Assembly: GCA_020630615.1 (NCBI GenBank)
Contig: JAHDBA010000005.1
Location: forward strand, 38,709-102,708
DNA: 64,000 bases
Direction of reading: 5' to 3'
Source of the DNA: Myxococcota bacterium
Lineage (GTDB): Bacteria > Myxococcota > UBA727 > JAHDBA01
In this document: positions 28,715 to 38,310 of the stretch, piece by piece
How the letters are laid out: each line of letters opens with the position of its first letter
Numbering within the stretch: position 1 is the stretch's first letter
Made by a program: the position numbers and the translations under genes
Notes under the pieces: generated by a model
What the model saw: only the letters and a program-made list of their open reading frames with translations
What the model was told of the DNA's origin: nothing
Database searches by the model: none

Positions 28715-29722
28715 ATGCCGAAAGATCATAACCTGTCTTTGGATGCCAGTGCAGGCGGCAAGCTCGTTATTGCCGGCGAATATGCGGTACTTTTAGGGTG
28801 CGAAGCTTGGGTTATGCCGACCTTGGCAAGGGCCCATGTTCGAATCGAGACGATGCAGGCGAGCGCTTCTTCAGGACTGATGACACTGAAAAACTACAAG
28901 ACCCATCCACGAAAGAGCCCTCTGAGTAAGCATCTGATTTCAAAGTCAATTGAATGGGGTTGGTTGAATGAAAAAAAATTGTCATTGGATTACGAGTTAA
29001 CATTCGACTTTCAAAGTTCCGAGTTCACACATGGTGACACAAAGCTTGGTCTGGGTTCATCCTCTGCATTGACTCTTGCATGGGTAAGAGCTTTGAGGGC
29101 TTATCATGAATCTTTAAAAGACTCTCAACACCAAAAAAGATTCGAAAGTGAAGCCAAGCATGCGTATCAACTGCACGATTCTTTTGGCGGAGGCTCAGGA
29201 ATCGACATCGCACAGGCCTTATCCGAAAAGCCCATTCTTTTCTCAATGACACACGATTCCGATGGGAAAGTTCTTCGGCGAATCAAGGACGCTCCACCAT
29301 TGGCATTCCCTTGGCGCCCATTAACCTTCTTTGTTGGACACGCGCAAAACACACGTCCCTTTGTGAGGGCCTTTGAACATGCCTATCGTCATCAGAAGAA
29401 CAAAGTCGATACTGCGATTCGAGAAATTCGAGAAAGCTCTCAAGGAATGATCGACCTGGCCTTTCAGGGCGATGACTTCTCGCACTTTTTAGAGCATGTT
29501 TCTCGACATGCAGCTGCTATGTCCGAATTGGGAATGCATATTGATGTTGATATTGTGTCCCATGAACATCAAGAGATAATTCGATGGGCAAAGGCGCATG
29601 GGGGCGCTGCGAAACCCAGTGGTGCTGGTGGGGGCGACATCGCCTTGGCTTGGATTCCCCAAGAGCATTTAAGTTCAGCGCTATCCACCTGCCCACTCAA
29701 ACCCATGGAGCTCTTAAAATGA
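28715..29722 (+). CDS. GHMP kinase, probable phosphomevalonate kinase
   Basis: GHMP motif LGLGSSSALTLAW. Second GHMP kinase in the mevalonate cluster, distinct from mvk. Assignment is by context. Confidence 0.6.
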   Translation: MPKDHNLSLDASAGGKLVIAGEYAVLLGCEAWVMPTLARAHVRIETMQASASSGLMTLKNYKTHPRKSPLSKHLISKSIEWGWLNEKKLSLDYELTFDFQSSEFTHGDTKLGLGSSSALTLAWVRALRAYHESLKDSQHQKRFESEAKHAYQLHDSFGGGSGIDIAQALSEKPILFSMTHDSDGKVLRRIKDAPPLAFPWRPLTFFVGHAQNTRPFVRAFEHAYRHQKNKVDTAIREIRESSQGMIDLAFQGDDFSHFLEHVSRHAAAMSELGMHIDVDIVSHEHQEIIRWAKAHGGAAKPSGAGGGDIALAWIPQEHLSSALSTCPLKPMELLK

Positions 29723-30336
29723 AACCAATGAACGATGATGCTGCACATGAACTTGAACGGGATCGCGTCGTTTCTTCGGACGATGATCTTCTAATATGCG
29801 TTAACCCTGACGATGAAGTCATTGGGTACGAGCGTAAAGACCGTTGTCATAAGGGTGAGGGCCTACTGCACCGCGCATTCTCAATCTTTCTTTTTAATGA
29901 CGCCGGTGAACTTCTTTTACAAGAGCGCGACATATCCAAACTCTTATGGCCGAGTACATGGTCGAATACGTGCTGTTCGCATCCGCGTAAGGGTCAGAGT
30001 ATCGAAGAGGCAGCAGGTATTCGACTGCGCGACGAACTGAATTGTGAAGCGAGGCTGCAAAAGGTGTATACCTTTCGCTACCATGCGTCGTATCAAGATC
30101 GTGGTAGTGAGAATGAAATGTGCACCGTTCTTATTGGACACTTGAATCACACTCCCAACTACAATCGAAATGAGGTTTCGAGAATGAAATGGACGAGTGC
30201 TCAAGAACTCGAAGGCGAGCTTATTGCAAAACCCATGGACTACACCCCATGGTTTCGAATGGAGTTTCAAGAGTTGAGAACATCGTTTTGGCCGCAGATT
30301 GAAAAGGTGATTGCTCAAGGGAAGGGGAATTCATGA
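29719..30336 (+). CDS. idi: Isopentenyl-diphosphate delta-isomerase, type 1 (Nudix)
   Basis: HRAFSIFLFN...LLLQERDISKLLWPSTWSNTCCSHP matches the type-1 IDI catalytic core. Start ATG 29719 overlaps the upstream stop (ATGA). Confidence 0.8.
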   Translation: MKPMNDDAAHELERDRVVSSDDDLLICVNPDDEVIGYERKDRCHKGEGLLHRAFSIFLFNDAGELLLQERDISKLLWPSTWSNTCCSHPRKGQSIEEAAGIRLRDELNCEARLQKVYTFRYHASYQDRGSENEMCTVLIGHLNHTPNYNRNEVSRMKWTSAQELEGELIAKPMDYTPWFRMEFQELRTSFWPQIEKVIAQGKGNS

Positions 30337-31391
30337 ATACTTATCAGCGCTCGCTTCAAAAATGGGAGCATCCAATTGGGGTCGAGCTTCTACGGGATTT
30401 CCCCGCAGAGCAGAGTCGAAGGATGGAAGCGAACTCCGAGTGTGCCTTTGGCAACACAATATTAAGGGCCATGGCTCGAAGACATCTTGAGAACAAAGGA
30501 AAACTCTTACGCGCCCATTTACCCTTGTGGATTGGTGAAAACCTTGGAGGAGCGATTCAGCATGCAATGCACCTTGGTGTTGCATGTGAGTTGATGCACA
30601 ACGCAACACTTGTTCACGATGACATTCAAGATGGGGACACGCATCGTCGTGGTCAGCCCACACTGTGGAAGCGCTACGGTATTGCACAAGCGATCAATGT
30701 TGGCGACGGACTCTTTTTCTATGCTCAGAAACGTCTGCACGAGATTGATGACCCTGCTCTAAGCCTGGAACTCTCTAAACTTGTATCCTCCGCTTTGCTT
30801 TCTACAATTCAAGGTCAAACACTTGAACTTGATTTTCAAGAATGGAAATCCTCACTTGAAAGTTTAAAAACGAAGCAGGAGCAATTGGTGCCAACCTATT
30901 TTGAAATTGTACGTGCGAAAACAGGAGCTCTTTTTTGCGCCGCTTCGCTTGGCGGTGCCAAAATTGCAGGGATGCCCCAAGCACTCAGGGACACGCTTCG
31001 TGATTTGACGCTCGAGCTTGGAGAACTCTTTCAGGTTCAGGACGATTACCTTGATCTGGTTGGAGACAAAGGACGCACTTCGAAAGCAAATGATATCGCG
31101 GAAGGCAAGTTGTCCTACCCTGTTGCGCGAGCGTTGAGTCAATCCAATCTTGGGGATGCTTCGATGTCTGAGTTGATTGCGATACTTTCATTAAGCCGAG
31201 AACAAACTCGAAGTGAAGATCGAAGCAAAGCGCTTGAACTCTTGGAAGATTCGGGTTCGTTGAAAGATACTCAGGCATGGCTGCAAAGGCGAGTTGACGA
31301 TTTTGGTGAAAAAGCGTCCCGAGAATCAAGCTTTGAGCTCTTATTGGGTTTGGCTGAATACATGGTAGCACCTCTAGCCGATTTTCTCTAA
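30333..31391 (+). CDS. Polyprenyl diphosphate synthase (FPP/GGPP synthase family)
   Basis: First DDxxD LVHDDIQDGD and second FQVQDDYLD aspartate-rich motifs. 4-nt overlap with idi. Confidence 0.8.
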   Translation: MNTYQRSLQKWEHPIGVELLRDFPAEQSRRMEANSECAFGNTILRAMARRHLENKGKLLRAHLPLWIGENLGGAIQHAMHLGVACELMHNATLVHDDIQDGDTHRRGQPTLWKRYGIAQAINVGDGLFFYAQKRLHEIDDPALSLELSKLVSSALLSTIQGQTLELDFQEWKSSLESLKTKQEQLVPTYFEIVRAKTGALFCAASLGGAKIAGMPQALRDTLRDLTLELGELFQVQDDYLDLVGDKGRTSKANDIAEGKLSYPVARALSQSNLGDASMSELIAILSLSREQTRSEDRSKALELLEDSGSLKDTQAWLQRRVDDFGEKASRESSFELLLGLAEYMVAPLADFL

Positions 31392-31513
31392 AAGCACGGT
31401 GCAAGTTTGTCGATGTTGCTCGAGCTTCAATTCGATCGTGTAAAAGCTGCTCAGCGCCTTGTCGTTCGTCAGTGGTGAATACGCTTAATGAGCTGTCTTA
31501 AACGCTTGGCAAG

Positions 31514-32980
31514 TTGAATTGTGCGTGGGATGCTAAGGGTGTGAGTGAAGAAAGATCGAAACGTTCATCTAGGGTTCCAGGCTTTTACACTCAAGGCCGG
31601 GAGCAACGTTTTCGCGCGCTTGGTGCTGAAGGCATCCATTTTACCAAAGAAGAGAAATTAGCTCTTGACGAGGGTGGGCTGACGTTAAAACGGGCTGAGA
31701 ACATGATCGAAAATGTTCTTGGGCTTTACAGTTTGCCTTTTGGTGTCGCACTGAACTTTCGCATTGATCACGAAGATCTTTTTATTCCGTTGGTGGTTGA
31801 AGAACCGAGTATTGTTGCTGCGTGTTCAAATATTGCAAAGCTTAGCCGAGCGGGCGATGGTTTTATCACTTCGTCTGAAGCATCTGTTATGAAAGGACAG
31901 ATCCAAATACTTTTTAATGACGCTTTTGGGTTGAATACCTTTAAGCAGGCCTTTGAAAATGCAAAACCATCTCTTCTTGAGAGTGCCAATCGCTTGTGTC
32001 CTGGTTTAGTATCACGGGGTGGTGGTGTTCTCGCTCTGCGTTTTCGTACTCTTCCACCCAATGCCAGATCCAAGTACCATCAGGGTTGGAGCTCGCCAGA
32101 CACAATCATGGGAGTTGTGGAGCTTCACGTCGATTGCATCGATGCAATGGGCGCCAATATCATTAACAGTGTTTGTGAGGGCATGCGCTTCGAGCTCCAA
32201 CAACGCTTTAACATACAAACTCATATCGCGATTCTTTCCAATCTGGCCGATCTACGTTGTGCTGAAGCACGCGTCGAAATACCTCTTCACGCTTTAGCCG
32301 GAAAAGAATCCAAGGACTCAACGCCTGATGAGAGCCAACGCTATGTTGAAGGTTTGCAACAAGGACATCGAATTGTCTCTGCGTATGAAATGGCGTTGCG
32401 CGATCCCTATCGTGCTTGCACCCATAACAAAGGGATCATGAACGGCATTGATGGGGTTGCGGTTGCAACAGGGAATGACTGGAGATCGATTGAGGCTGCG
32501 GCACATGCTTATGCAGCATTATCAGGTCAATATACGACCTTATCACGCTTTCGAGTTTCAAGGGACGAGCAAAACTTGGAGTGCGAGTTACGAATGCCAA
32601 TGGCGGTTGGTACGGTAGGCGGATCCATTTTGGTTCATGAGGGTGTTCGTGCTGCGCGCGCACTCTTGGGGGCTAGGGCGGAAAAAGCGGGTGAACTTGC
32701 GCGGGTTATGGTGGCCGTCGGCCTTGCACAAAATATCGGTGCGCTTCATGCGCTTGCCGGTGAGGGGATCCAGCGCGGCCACATGAGCCTTCATATTCGT
32801 CAGGTTCTCCTTGAAATTGGTGCAGCGTCTCACGAAATATCAACACTCAAAGAGCAGTTGATAGCGACGGGAGAACTCAACCGTCAAGCAGCCCGAGCCG
32901 CCTTGAAGGCACTCAGAAATAAAGACTGCAAAGAACCGAAAGATAAGCTTGTGATGTCGAAGTTGAAGCGGGAAGGATGA
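31514..32980 (+). CDS. mvaA: HMG-CoA reductase, class II
   Basis: VPGFY..., DNMIENVLGLYSLPFGVA and PLVVEEPSIVAACSNIAKL match class-II HMGR. The 31514 codon is TTG. An alternative GTG at 31541 has an AAGGG RBS. Start is uncertain. Confidence 0.8.
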   Translation: MNCAWDAKGVSEERSKRSSRVPGFYTQGREQRFRALGAEGIHFTKEEKLALDEGGLTLKRAENMIENVLGLYSLPFGVALNFRIDHEDLFIPLVVEEPSIVAACSNIAKLSRAGDGFITSSEASVMKGQIQILFNDAFGLNTFKQAFENAKPSLLESANRLCPGLVSRGGGVLALRFRTLPPNARSKYHQGWSSPDTIMGVVELHVDCIDAMGANIINSVCEGMRFELQQRFNIQTHIAILSNLADLRCAEARVEIPLHALAGKESKDSTPDESQRYVEGLQQGHRIVSAYEMALRDPYRACTHNKGIMNGIDGVAVATGNDWRSIEAAAHAYAALSGQYTTLSRFRVSRDEQNLECELRMPMAVGTVGGSILVHEGVRAARALLGARAEKAGELARVMVAVGLAQNIGALHALAGEGIQRGHMSLHIRQVLLEIGAASHEISTLKEQLIATGELNRQAARAALKALRNKDCKEPKDKLVMSKLKREG

Positions 32981-32981
32981 G

Positions 32982-34001
32982 ATGGAGCCCGTATTTGAAG
33001 CGCCTTTAGTGCCTAAGCTTGCTGTCGGGTATGCACCGGGTAAGGTGATTGTCGGTGGTGAGCATGCGGTGGTCTATGGTCACCCTGCCTTTGCTTTGCC
33101 TTTACCTTTTGGGATTCGTGTCTTGACCACGGCGCAAACACTTCCGCGTTCGAACCCGCGTCCCTTGGAAGAACGATGCAAGGTTCAAAGCGACGCGATG
33201 GATATTCTGTCCCCAACTTCGCTTGAGCAGCTCCGGGGAACTTTCCCGGATGCGGTGTCTGCTTTTCGAAAGATTATTGGGTTTTGGAATCGCGGATATG
33301 AAGCCGATCATTCTCTTCACTTAAACTTTCGTATTGATGGCGATTTGATCCCTGCATCAGGTCTTGGGTCCTCTGCGGCAACTCTTGTTGCCCTTTATCG
33401 AAGTCTTGAAGCGATACGGCCCTTTCATCCTGAAATACAATGTGAGTCTGCTGTATTCGAGGCTGAAGCTGTTTTTCACGGCACTCCATCGGGGATTGAC
33501 CACTCTACGAGTATTCTCGGAAAACCATGTATGTTTCGCCGCAGTGGAAAAAAAATAGAATGCGAGGCGCTGCATTGTGCAAAAGAGCAACCTTGGCTTC
33601 TCGTGACACGGGCGAGGCAAAGTCGAACTCAGTTTAGTGTCGATCAGATCAAACGCCGATACCGTAAAGAGCCTATCCGCGTGTCGAAAGCATTTGATGC
33701 GATCGCGCTCCTTGTACTTAAAATGCGAGACAATTATCGTCATGCCCAACCCAAAGAACTTGGTTCTCTGATGAATGAGAATCACCGCATTTTGGAAGAT
33801 CTTGGACTTGTGTCCAAGGAAGCAGCAGCGCTGCATCCGATGTTGATTGAAAAGGGGGCATTGGGTGCAAAGGTCAGCGGTGCCGCAGGTGACAAATTAT
33901 GTTTATTGGCGCTCTTAAAACCTGAGCTTGATCCGAAAGTCATCACGCGAGAGCTTGAGTCAAAGGTTATGAATATTGAATGCCGATCATTTTCTGCTTA
34001 A
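32982..34001 (+). CDS. mvk: Mevalonate kinase
   Basis: GKVIVGGEHAVVYG N-terminal motif and GHMP ATP motif PASGLGSSAATLVAL. Start is 1 nt after the mvaA stop. Confidence 0.8.
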   Translation: MEPVFEAPLVPKLAVGYAPGKVIVGGEHAVVYGHPAFALPLPFGIRVLTTAQTLPRSNPRPLEERCKVQSDAMDILSPTSLEQLRGTFPDAVSAFRKIIGFWNRGYEADHSLHLNFRIDGDLIPASGLGSSAATLVALYRSLEAIRPFHPEIQCESAVFEAEAVFHGTPSGIDHSTSILGKPCMFRRSGKKIECEALHCAKEQPWLLVTRARQSRTQFSVDQIKRRYRKEPIRVSKAFDAIALLVLKMRDNYRHAQPKELGSLMNENHRILEDLGLVSKEAAALHPMLIEKGALGAKVSGAAGDKLCLLALLKPELDPKVITRELESKVMNIECRSFSA

Positions 34002-34004
34002 AGC

Positions 34005-34035
34005 ATTAAAGAATCCATCTAAGGATTTGTGTTGA
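34005..34035 (+). terminator. Weak candidate terminator after the mevalonate block
   Basis: AGAATCC-atcta-AGGATT hairpin followed by TGTGTT. Short stem; speculative. Confidence 0.25.
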
Positions 34036-34072
34036 GAATTTGTAATGCGCATTCAAATCGTTAGATTGAAGC

Positions 34073-35422
34073 GTGAAAAACTTTTCTTGGATACTTCAGG
34101 CTTTATGCTTAGCTGGGGTGACATGGGTCGCGTACCAGCTTCTCAATCGTGTTGAGCAGGATCAAGGCCTCAAGAACGATCATGCGCAAATCACCCATGT
34201 TGAGCATGGACTTCTGAACCCCAATGTGTGGAAAGAAAAAGCAGCAGATATCTTTGCGAGAAAACTCCAAAGTTTTGATATTACGAAGGGCAACGAGGCC
34301 CAGATCAAGAGCTTTGTCGATCGTGCATTGTACACGCTCTTAGATGAAGTCGAGAAAATAGTCGAACGCAAAACAAGTCAAGGAACGTCGATCGAGTCCT
34401 TCTTTAAAAAAATGGCACTCGGGTTCATTGAGAGCATTGCCCTCGACTTTAAAACATTGCGAAAGGAGGTTCCGACCTTTCGCAACCGCATTATTCGCGA
34501 GCTTAAAAAGAAAGAAACGCAACGTGATTTGCGTCGTGTGCTCAAAAAGAAAATTGCGGAGGTGCTTTCGAAAGACCCCGAGAAGAAAGAGTTAAAGTTG
34601 CGCCAAGCCTTAATCACGCACTATGCAGAGACTCTCGATGAGTCGATTGCAAAGATTCAAGAGAAACGCAGAACCTTGGCACCGAAGATTCAGGAAAAAC
34701 TACTCCTTGTCGTCTTCATTAGCGTGATATCTTTACTGGTTTTGAGCTTAAGTGAGCTTTCGCTTGCCTCTCTCCTTTTGTGTTTGGGTTTTGCCACGGT
34801 ACTTCTGAGCTGTGGTGTACTGATGCCAATGTTGGACATCCATGCTTTGATTCAGAAAAGTACCTTCTCCTTTTGGGGGGAGATCCTTGTGTTTCCAGAA
34901 CAGACTTTGATCTTTCAAAGTAAAAGCGTTCGAGATGTGATTGTCCTCTTGTGGCGAAGCGCAACTGTAGGGTCACGTGTTGTCTCTTCTGCTATTGTTC
35001 TCTTTACCATTTGCTTTCCAATTTTGAAACTCGTGATGACAGCTTGCTTCTGGTTTCGTGTGAAGTGGCGCAGCAATCGTGTGGTTCATTTTTTCGTGTT
35101 TGATTCCGTGAAATGGGCGATGACCGATGTTTTTGTCGTTTCAATTTTTCTAGCGTATCTAGGTTTCGATGGTGTGATTCAACATCAGATGAAGATGTTT
35201 CAAGGACTACCCAGTGAACATGTCGAAATGTTATCGACTTCAAAGAGCAGTCTTGAACCTGCGTTCTATACCTTCCTGCTTTTTGTGATTTATGGTTATG
35301 TCTTGTCGATTAAAATGCGTACCTCGAAGACCGAGCGAAAACAAGGCGAAACTCCATCTACTAACGCCCGCGATGAAGCTAGGGCTGAAGAATCGCATAT
35401 GTTAAGTTGGGCCCATGAATAA
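34073..35422 (+). CDS. Membrane protein with N-terminal TM and coiled-coil region and a PqiA-like C-terminal integral-membrane domain
   Basis: GTG start. N-terminal TM WILQALCLAGVTWVAYQLL. C-terminal multi-TM region contains KWAMTDVFVVSIFLAYLGF, resembling the PqiA-family signature. Confidence 0.4.
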   Translation: MKNFSWILQALCLAGVTWVAYQLLNRVEQDQGLKNDHAQITHVEHGLLNPNVWKEKAADIFARKLQSFDITKGNEAQIKSFVDRALYTLLDEVEKIVERKTSQGTSIESFFKKMALGFIESIALDFKTLRKEVPTFRNRIIRELKKKETQRDLRRVLKKKIAEVLSKDPEKKELKLRQALITHYAETLDESIAKIQEKRRTLAPKIQEKLLLVVFISVISLLVLSLSELSLASLLLCLGFATVLLSCGVLMPMLDIHALIQKSTFSFWGEILVFPEQTLIFQSKSVRDVIVLLWRSATVGSRVVSSAIVLFTICFPILKLVMTACFWFRVKWRSNRVVHFFVFDSVKWAMTDVFVVSIFLAYLGFDGVIQHQMKMFQGLPSEHVEMLSTSKSSLEPAFYTFLLFVIYGYVLSIKMRTSKTERKQGETPSTNARDEARAEESHMLSWAHE

Positions 35423-35801
35423 GTTTAGCCTTAGAGATCGTTTGAGGAGTTTTCGTTTTGCTGGACGTGGGCTCAAAGACATGTGGGCCAATGAACACAA
35501 CTTTCGAGTGCAATTGTTCGCCGGTCTCGCAATTGTTTTTGTGGGCCTGGTTTTAAAATTTGTAGCGTGGGAATGGCTGGCTGTGTTTCTATCGATTGGT
35601 GTCGTACTCGCCTTGGAGGTCATGAACACTGCGCTTGAAACCTTTTGTAATTATGTCTCGCCGGAGCGGGATGATACCATTGGGCGCGTGAAAGATCTTT
35701 CTGCCGCAGCTGTACTGCTGGGTGCAATGACATCGGTGGTGATTGCTCTGATCGTAGTGTTCTCAGCACTGTCACGACTTTGGGTGGGTTCGCTTCAATG
35801 A
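35415..35801 (+). CDS. dgkA: Diacylglycerol kinase
   Basis: DgkA-like: three TM segments, with ALEVMNTALE and RVKDLSAAAVLLGA matching the E. coli DgkA catalytic region. 128 aa. Confidence 0.8.
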   Translation: MNKFSLRDRLRSFRFAGRGLKDMWANEHNFRVQLFAGLAIVFVGLVLKFVAWEWLAVFLSIGVVLALEVMNTALETFCNYVSPERDDTIGRVKDLSAAAVLLGAMTSVVIALIVVFSALSRLWVGSLQ

Positions 35802-36796
35802 ATCGATCCCATTCATTTCTACATACGCTGCAAATTGGAGCAACCCTTTGTGGGTTGGTGGCATGGACTGCTTGTACCAATGCGAGTGCCGAAGATGGAG
35901 GATTGTCGGTACACAACGATAGTAACGAAGCACACAATTCCAGTCCGAAACGAAAGCGAGGTGAAGCTACGAAATCCCGAGAGGCAAGCCCCGTGTTGGA
36001 GAAGTTTTCAGGCAATCAAAGTGCAGGTGACCCAAAAGCTCGAGAACGTGAGGAACGAGACCGTCTTAACACGCTCTTGTTACAACATTCAATGCCTTAC
36101 CTTGGAAGCCCTTATAAGAGTTCCCCTTTGGGTGAAGGGGCGAGCGGGAAGTTCGATCAAGACCCTTTGTTTCGGGAGGACGCATTTGATTGCACAACAT
36201 TTGTCGAAACCGTCTTGGCTAAAGTACGTGCTGAATACAAGGGGAAGGATTGGAAAGAAGAACTGAATCGACTTCGGTATCGGAAAGGTGAGATTGGGTA
36301 TGTCCATCGAAGGCATTTTCCCTATGCGCAATGGATCTTAGATTTTCAATCCGAAGGAATATTAAAGGAGTACTCTTTTCAGATCGGGAGTGAGAATGTG
36401 CGCCTTGCGGTGAAAGATTTGACCCCAGGCTTATGGAAGAAACGGAAGAAAAAGATCTTAAAAAACCTTCCAGAGAAATTTGTTCCCTTCGGAAAAATAT
36501 CGATTCCCTATCTCCCGATTCGATGGGCATATGAACATCGAGAAGAGTTCCCAGAGGCATCAATATTAAACCTCGTGCGAATCGATCGAGAGAACATTCC
36601 AGTCCAGATTAGTCATCAAGCTCTTATTTTAAGGAAAGAAGGGCGATTGATAGTCAGGCATGCCCAACAACGCTTTGTTCATAAGGTCTTTGATGAAAGC
36701 CTTGAAAACTATCTGAGGCGCGTACAGAATCATCGAGAGTGGCCCGTACTTGGAGTCAATATACAGGCTCTACAGTTTTCTGCCAAAGGACTCTAA
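35798..36796 (+). CDS. Secreted/lipoprotein, hypothetical
   Basis: ATG 35798 overlaps the dgkA stop. Signal with LVAWTAC lipobox-like site. No catalytic motif recognised. Confidence 0.45.
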   Translation: MNRSHSFLHTLQIGATLCGLVAWTACTNASAEDGGLSVHNDSNEAHNSSPKRKRGEATKSREASPVLEKFSGNQSAGDPKAREREERDRLNTLLLQHSMPYLGSPYKSSPLGEGASGKFDQDPLFREDAFDCTTFVETVLAKVRAEYKGKDWKEELNRLRYRKGEIGYVHRRHFPYAQWILDFQSEGILKEYSFQIGSENVRLAVKDLTPGLWKKRKKKILKNLPEKFVPFGKISIPYLPIRWAYEHREEFPEASILNLVRIDRENIPVQISHQALILRKEGRLIVRHAQQRFVHKVFDESLENYLRRVQNHREWPVLGVNIQALQFSAKGL

Positions 36797-36812
36797 CTCA
36801 TCGCCCGCTCAT

Positions 36813-36890
36813 GAATGAAGGCAAAAAAAAGACGCCCTTCACCATGAAGGACGCCCGAGTTGTTAACCAGGAGATGAATCCAATATCTCA
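36813..36890. repeat. Intergenic repeat element copy 1 (A-run + hairpin + tail)
   Basis: GAATGAAGGCAAAAAAAAGACGCCCTTCACCATGAAGGACGCCCGAGTTGTTAACCAGGAGATGAATCCAATATCTCA. Near-identical copy 130 bp downstream. Confidence 0.7.
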
Positions 36891-36942
36891 ATTGCGCTTT
36901 GACTATCGGTAGTATTACGGAGTCGTGCTTGGATGTACTCTT

Positions 36943-37021
36943 GAATCGAGGCAAAAAAAAAGACGCCCTTCACCATGAAGGACGCCCGAGTTGTTAACCA
37001 GGAGATAGATTCAATATCCCA
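36943..37021. repeat. Intergenic repeat element copy 2
   Basis: Same ~79-bp sequence, with one extra A and three substitutions in the 3' tail. Confidence 0.7.
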
Positions 37022-37082
37022 TTCGAATACGTTTTTGCCTATAGGTCATTGATCGTAGATCGAGGCCGCATAAAGTCTGGGC

Positions 37083-38306
37083 ATGTCGTTACGCGCTTGG
37101 CCTCGGATCATATTCCATGCAGACATGGACGCCTTTTATGCTGCCATCGAAGAACGGGACAATCCAGAGCTTGTAGGAAAACCAATAGTCATAGGTTCAA
37201 GCGGACGCGGCGGTATTGTCTCCACAGCCAATTACGTTGCACGTCGTTTTGGGATTCAGTCGGCTCAGCCGGGCTCAGAAGCTTTGCGACGATGCCCGCA
37301 AGCGGTATTCGTTAAGCCTCGTCTTTCGCATTACAAGCGAGTTTCGGAGCAAATATTTTCAATATTTCACAGATTTTCCCATCGTGTGGAAGGCCTATCC
37401 TTGGACGAAGCATTCTTGGACATGTCGGGTACCCAAAGTCTAATGGGTGAGCCTAAAGAGGTTGCACGTCGTCTTAAAGACGCGGTGTTTGAGAAAACCC
37501 GACTTCGAGTTTCGGTTGGTGTGGCAACTCAAAAGTTTATTGCGAAGATCTGCTCTGACCTAGAAAAGCCAGATGGTTTGACGTTATGCCCCCCAGGGTT
37601 TGAGCAGGAGTTTTTGAGACCTCTAAAGGTTGAGAAAATCTGGGGTGTAGGCCCTGTGAATGCAAAACGACTTCATGCGATGGGGCTTCATACCATTGGT
37701 GATGTTGCAGACACACCATTCGAGAGTTTACGTGGGCATCTCGCTTCTTTCGGGGAGCACATTTACAAGCTCTCACATGCTCAAGATACGCGAGAAGTCG
37801 GCGGCGCTCGAGTCCGGAAACAAATCTCAGAAGAGCGCACTTTTAACACAGATTTAAATGCTCAAGAATGTTTAGAGCGTTGCACTCCACTTTTGGATGA
37901 CGTTTTGAAGCAAGCGCGCAAACGCGATGTTTTTGCCCGAGTGTTACGTATTAAAGTGAAGAGTGTGAACTTTAAAGTTTCTACGCGGCAAAAGACATTC
38001 GTACGATCGACTCGAGATCGTAGCGAATGTCTCGATGCGATGCGTGAGCTTTTCAACACGCTTGATGTCCAGGGGCCCTTTCGGCTTGCAGGTATCGGGA
38101 TTAGTGAGTTGAGTGGTGAAGCTCAACCTCATGAAGTCGCAAAGGCGTCTCAGCGCGATCTCTTTGACATCGAGCGCACAACGCAAAACCATTCAAGCGT
38201 AGCAGATGTGCCAAAAGCCAACGCGCAATCCCGTGAAGAATTAGAAAACACCCTTGATCAAATTCAAGAGCGTTTTGGTGCATCTGTAATTCGGCGTGGC
38301 AACTGA
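37083..38306 (+). CDS. dinB: DNA polymerase IV (Y-family)
   Basis: IFHADMDAFYAAIEERDNPEL Y-family N-terminus, SLDEAFLD catalytic motif, and HhH region. Has a ~50-aa C-terminal extension relative to E. coli DinB. Confidence 0.85.
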   Translation: MSLRAWPRIIFHADMDAFYAAIEERDNPELVGKPIVIGSSGRGGIVSTANYVARRFGIQSAQPGSEALRRCPQAVFVKPRLSHYKRVSEQIFSIFHRFSHRVEGLSLDEAFLDMSGTQSLMGEPKEVARRLKDAVFEKTRLRVSVGVATQKFIAKICSDLEKPDGLTLCPPGFEQEFLRPLKVEKIWGVGPVNAKRLHAMGLHTIGDVADTPFESLRGHLASFGEHIYKLSHAQDTREVGGARVRKQISEERTFNTDLNAQECLERCTPLLDDVLKQARKRDVFARVLRIKVKSVNFKVSTRQKTFVRSTRDRSECLDAMRELFNTLDVQGPFRLAGIGISELSGEAQPHEVAKASQRDLFDIERTTQNHSSVADVPKANAQSREELENTLDQIQERFGASVIRRGN

Positions 38307-38310
38307 AACA

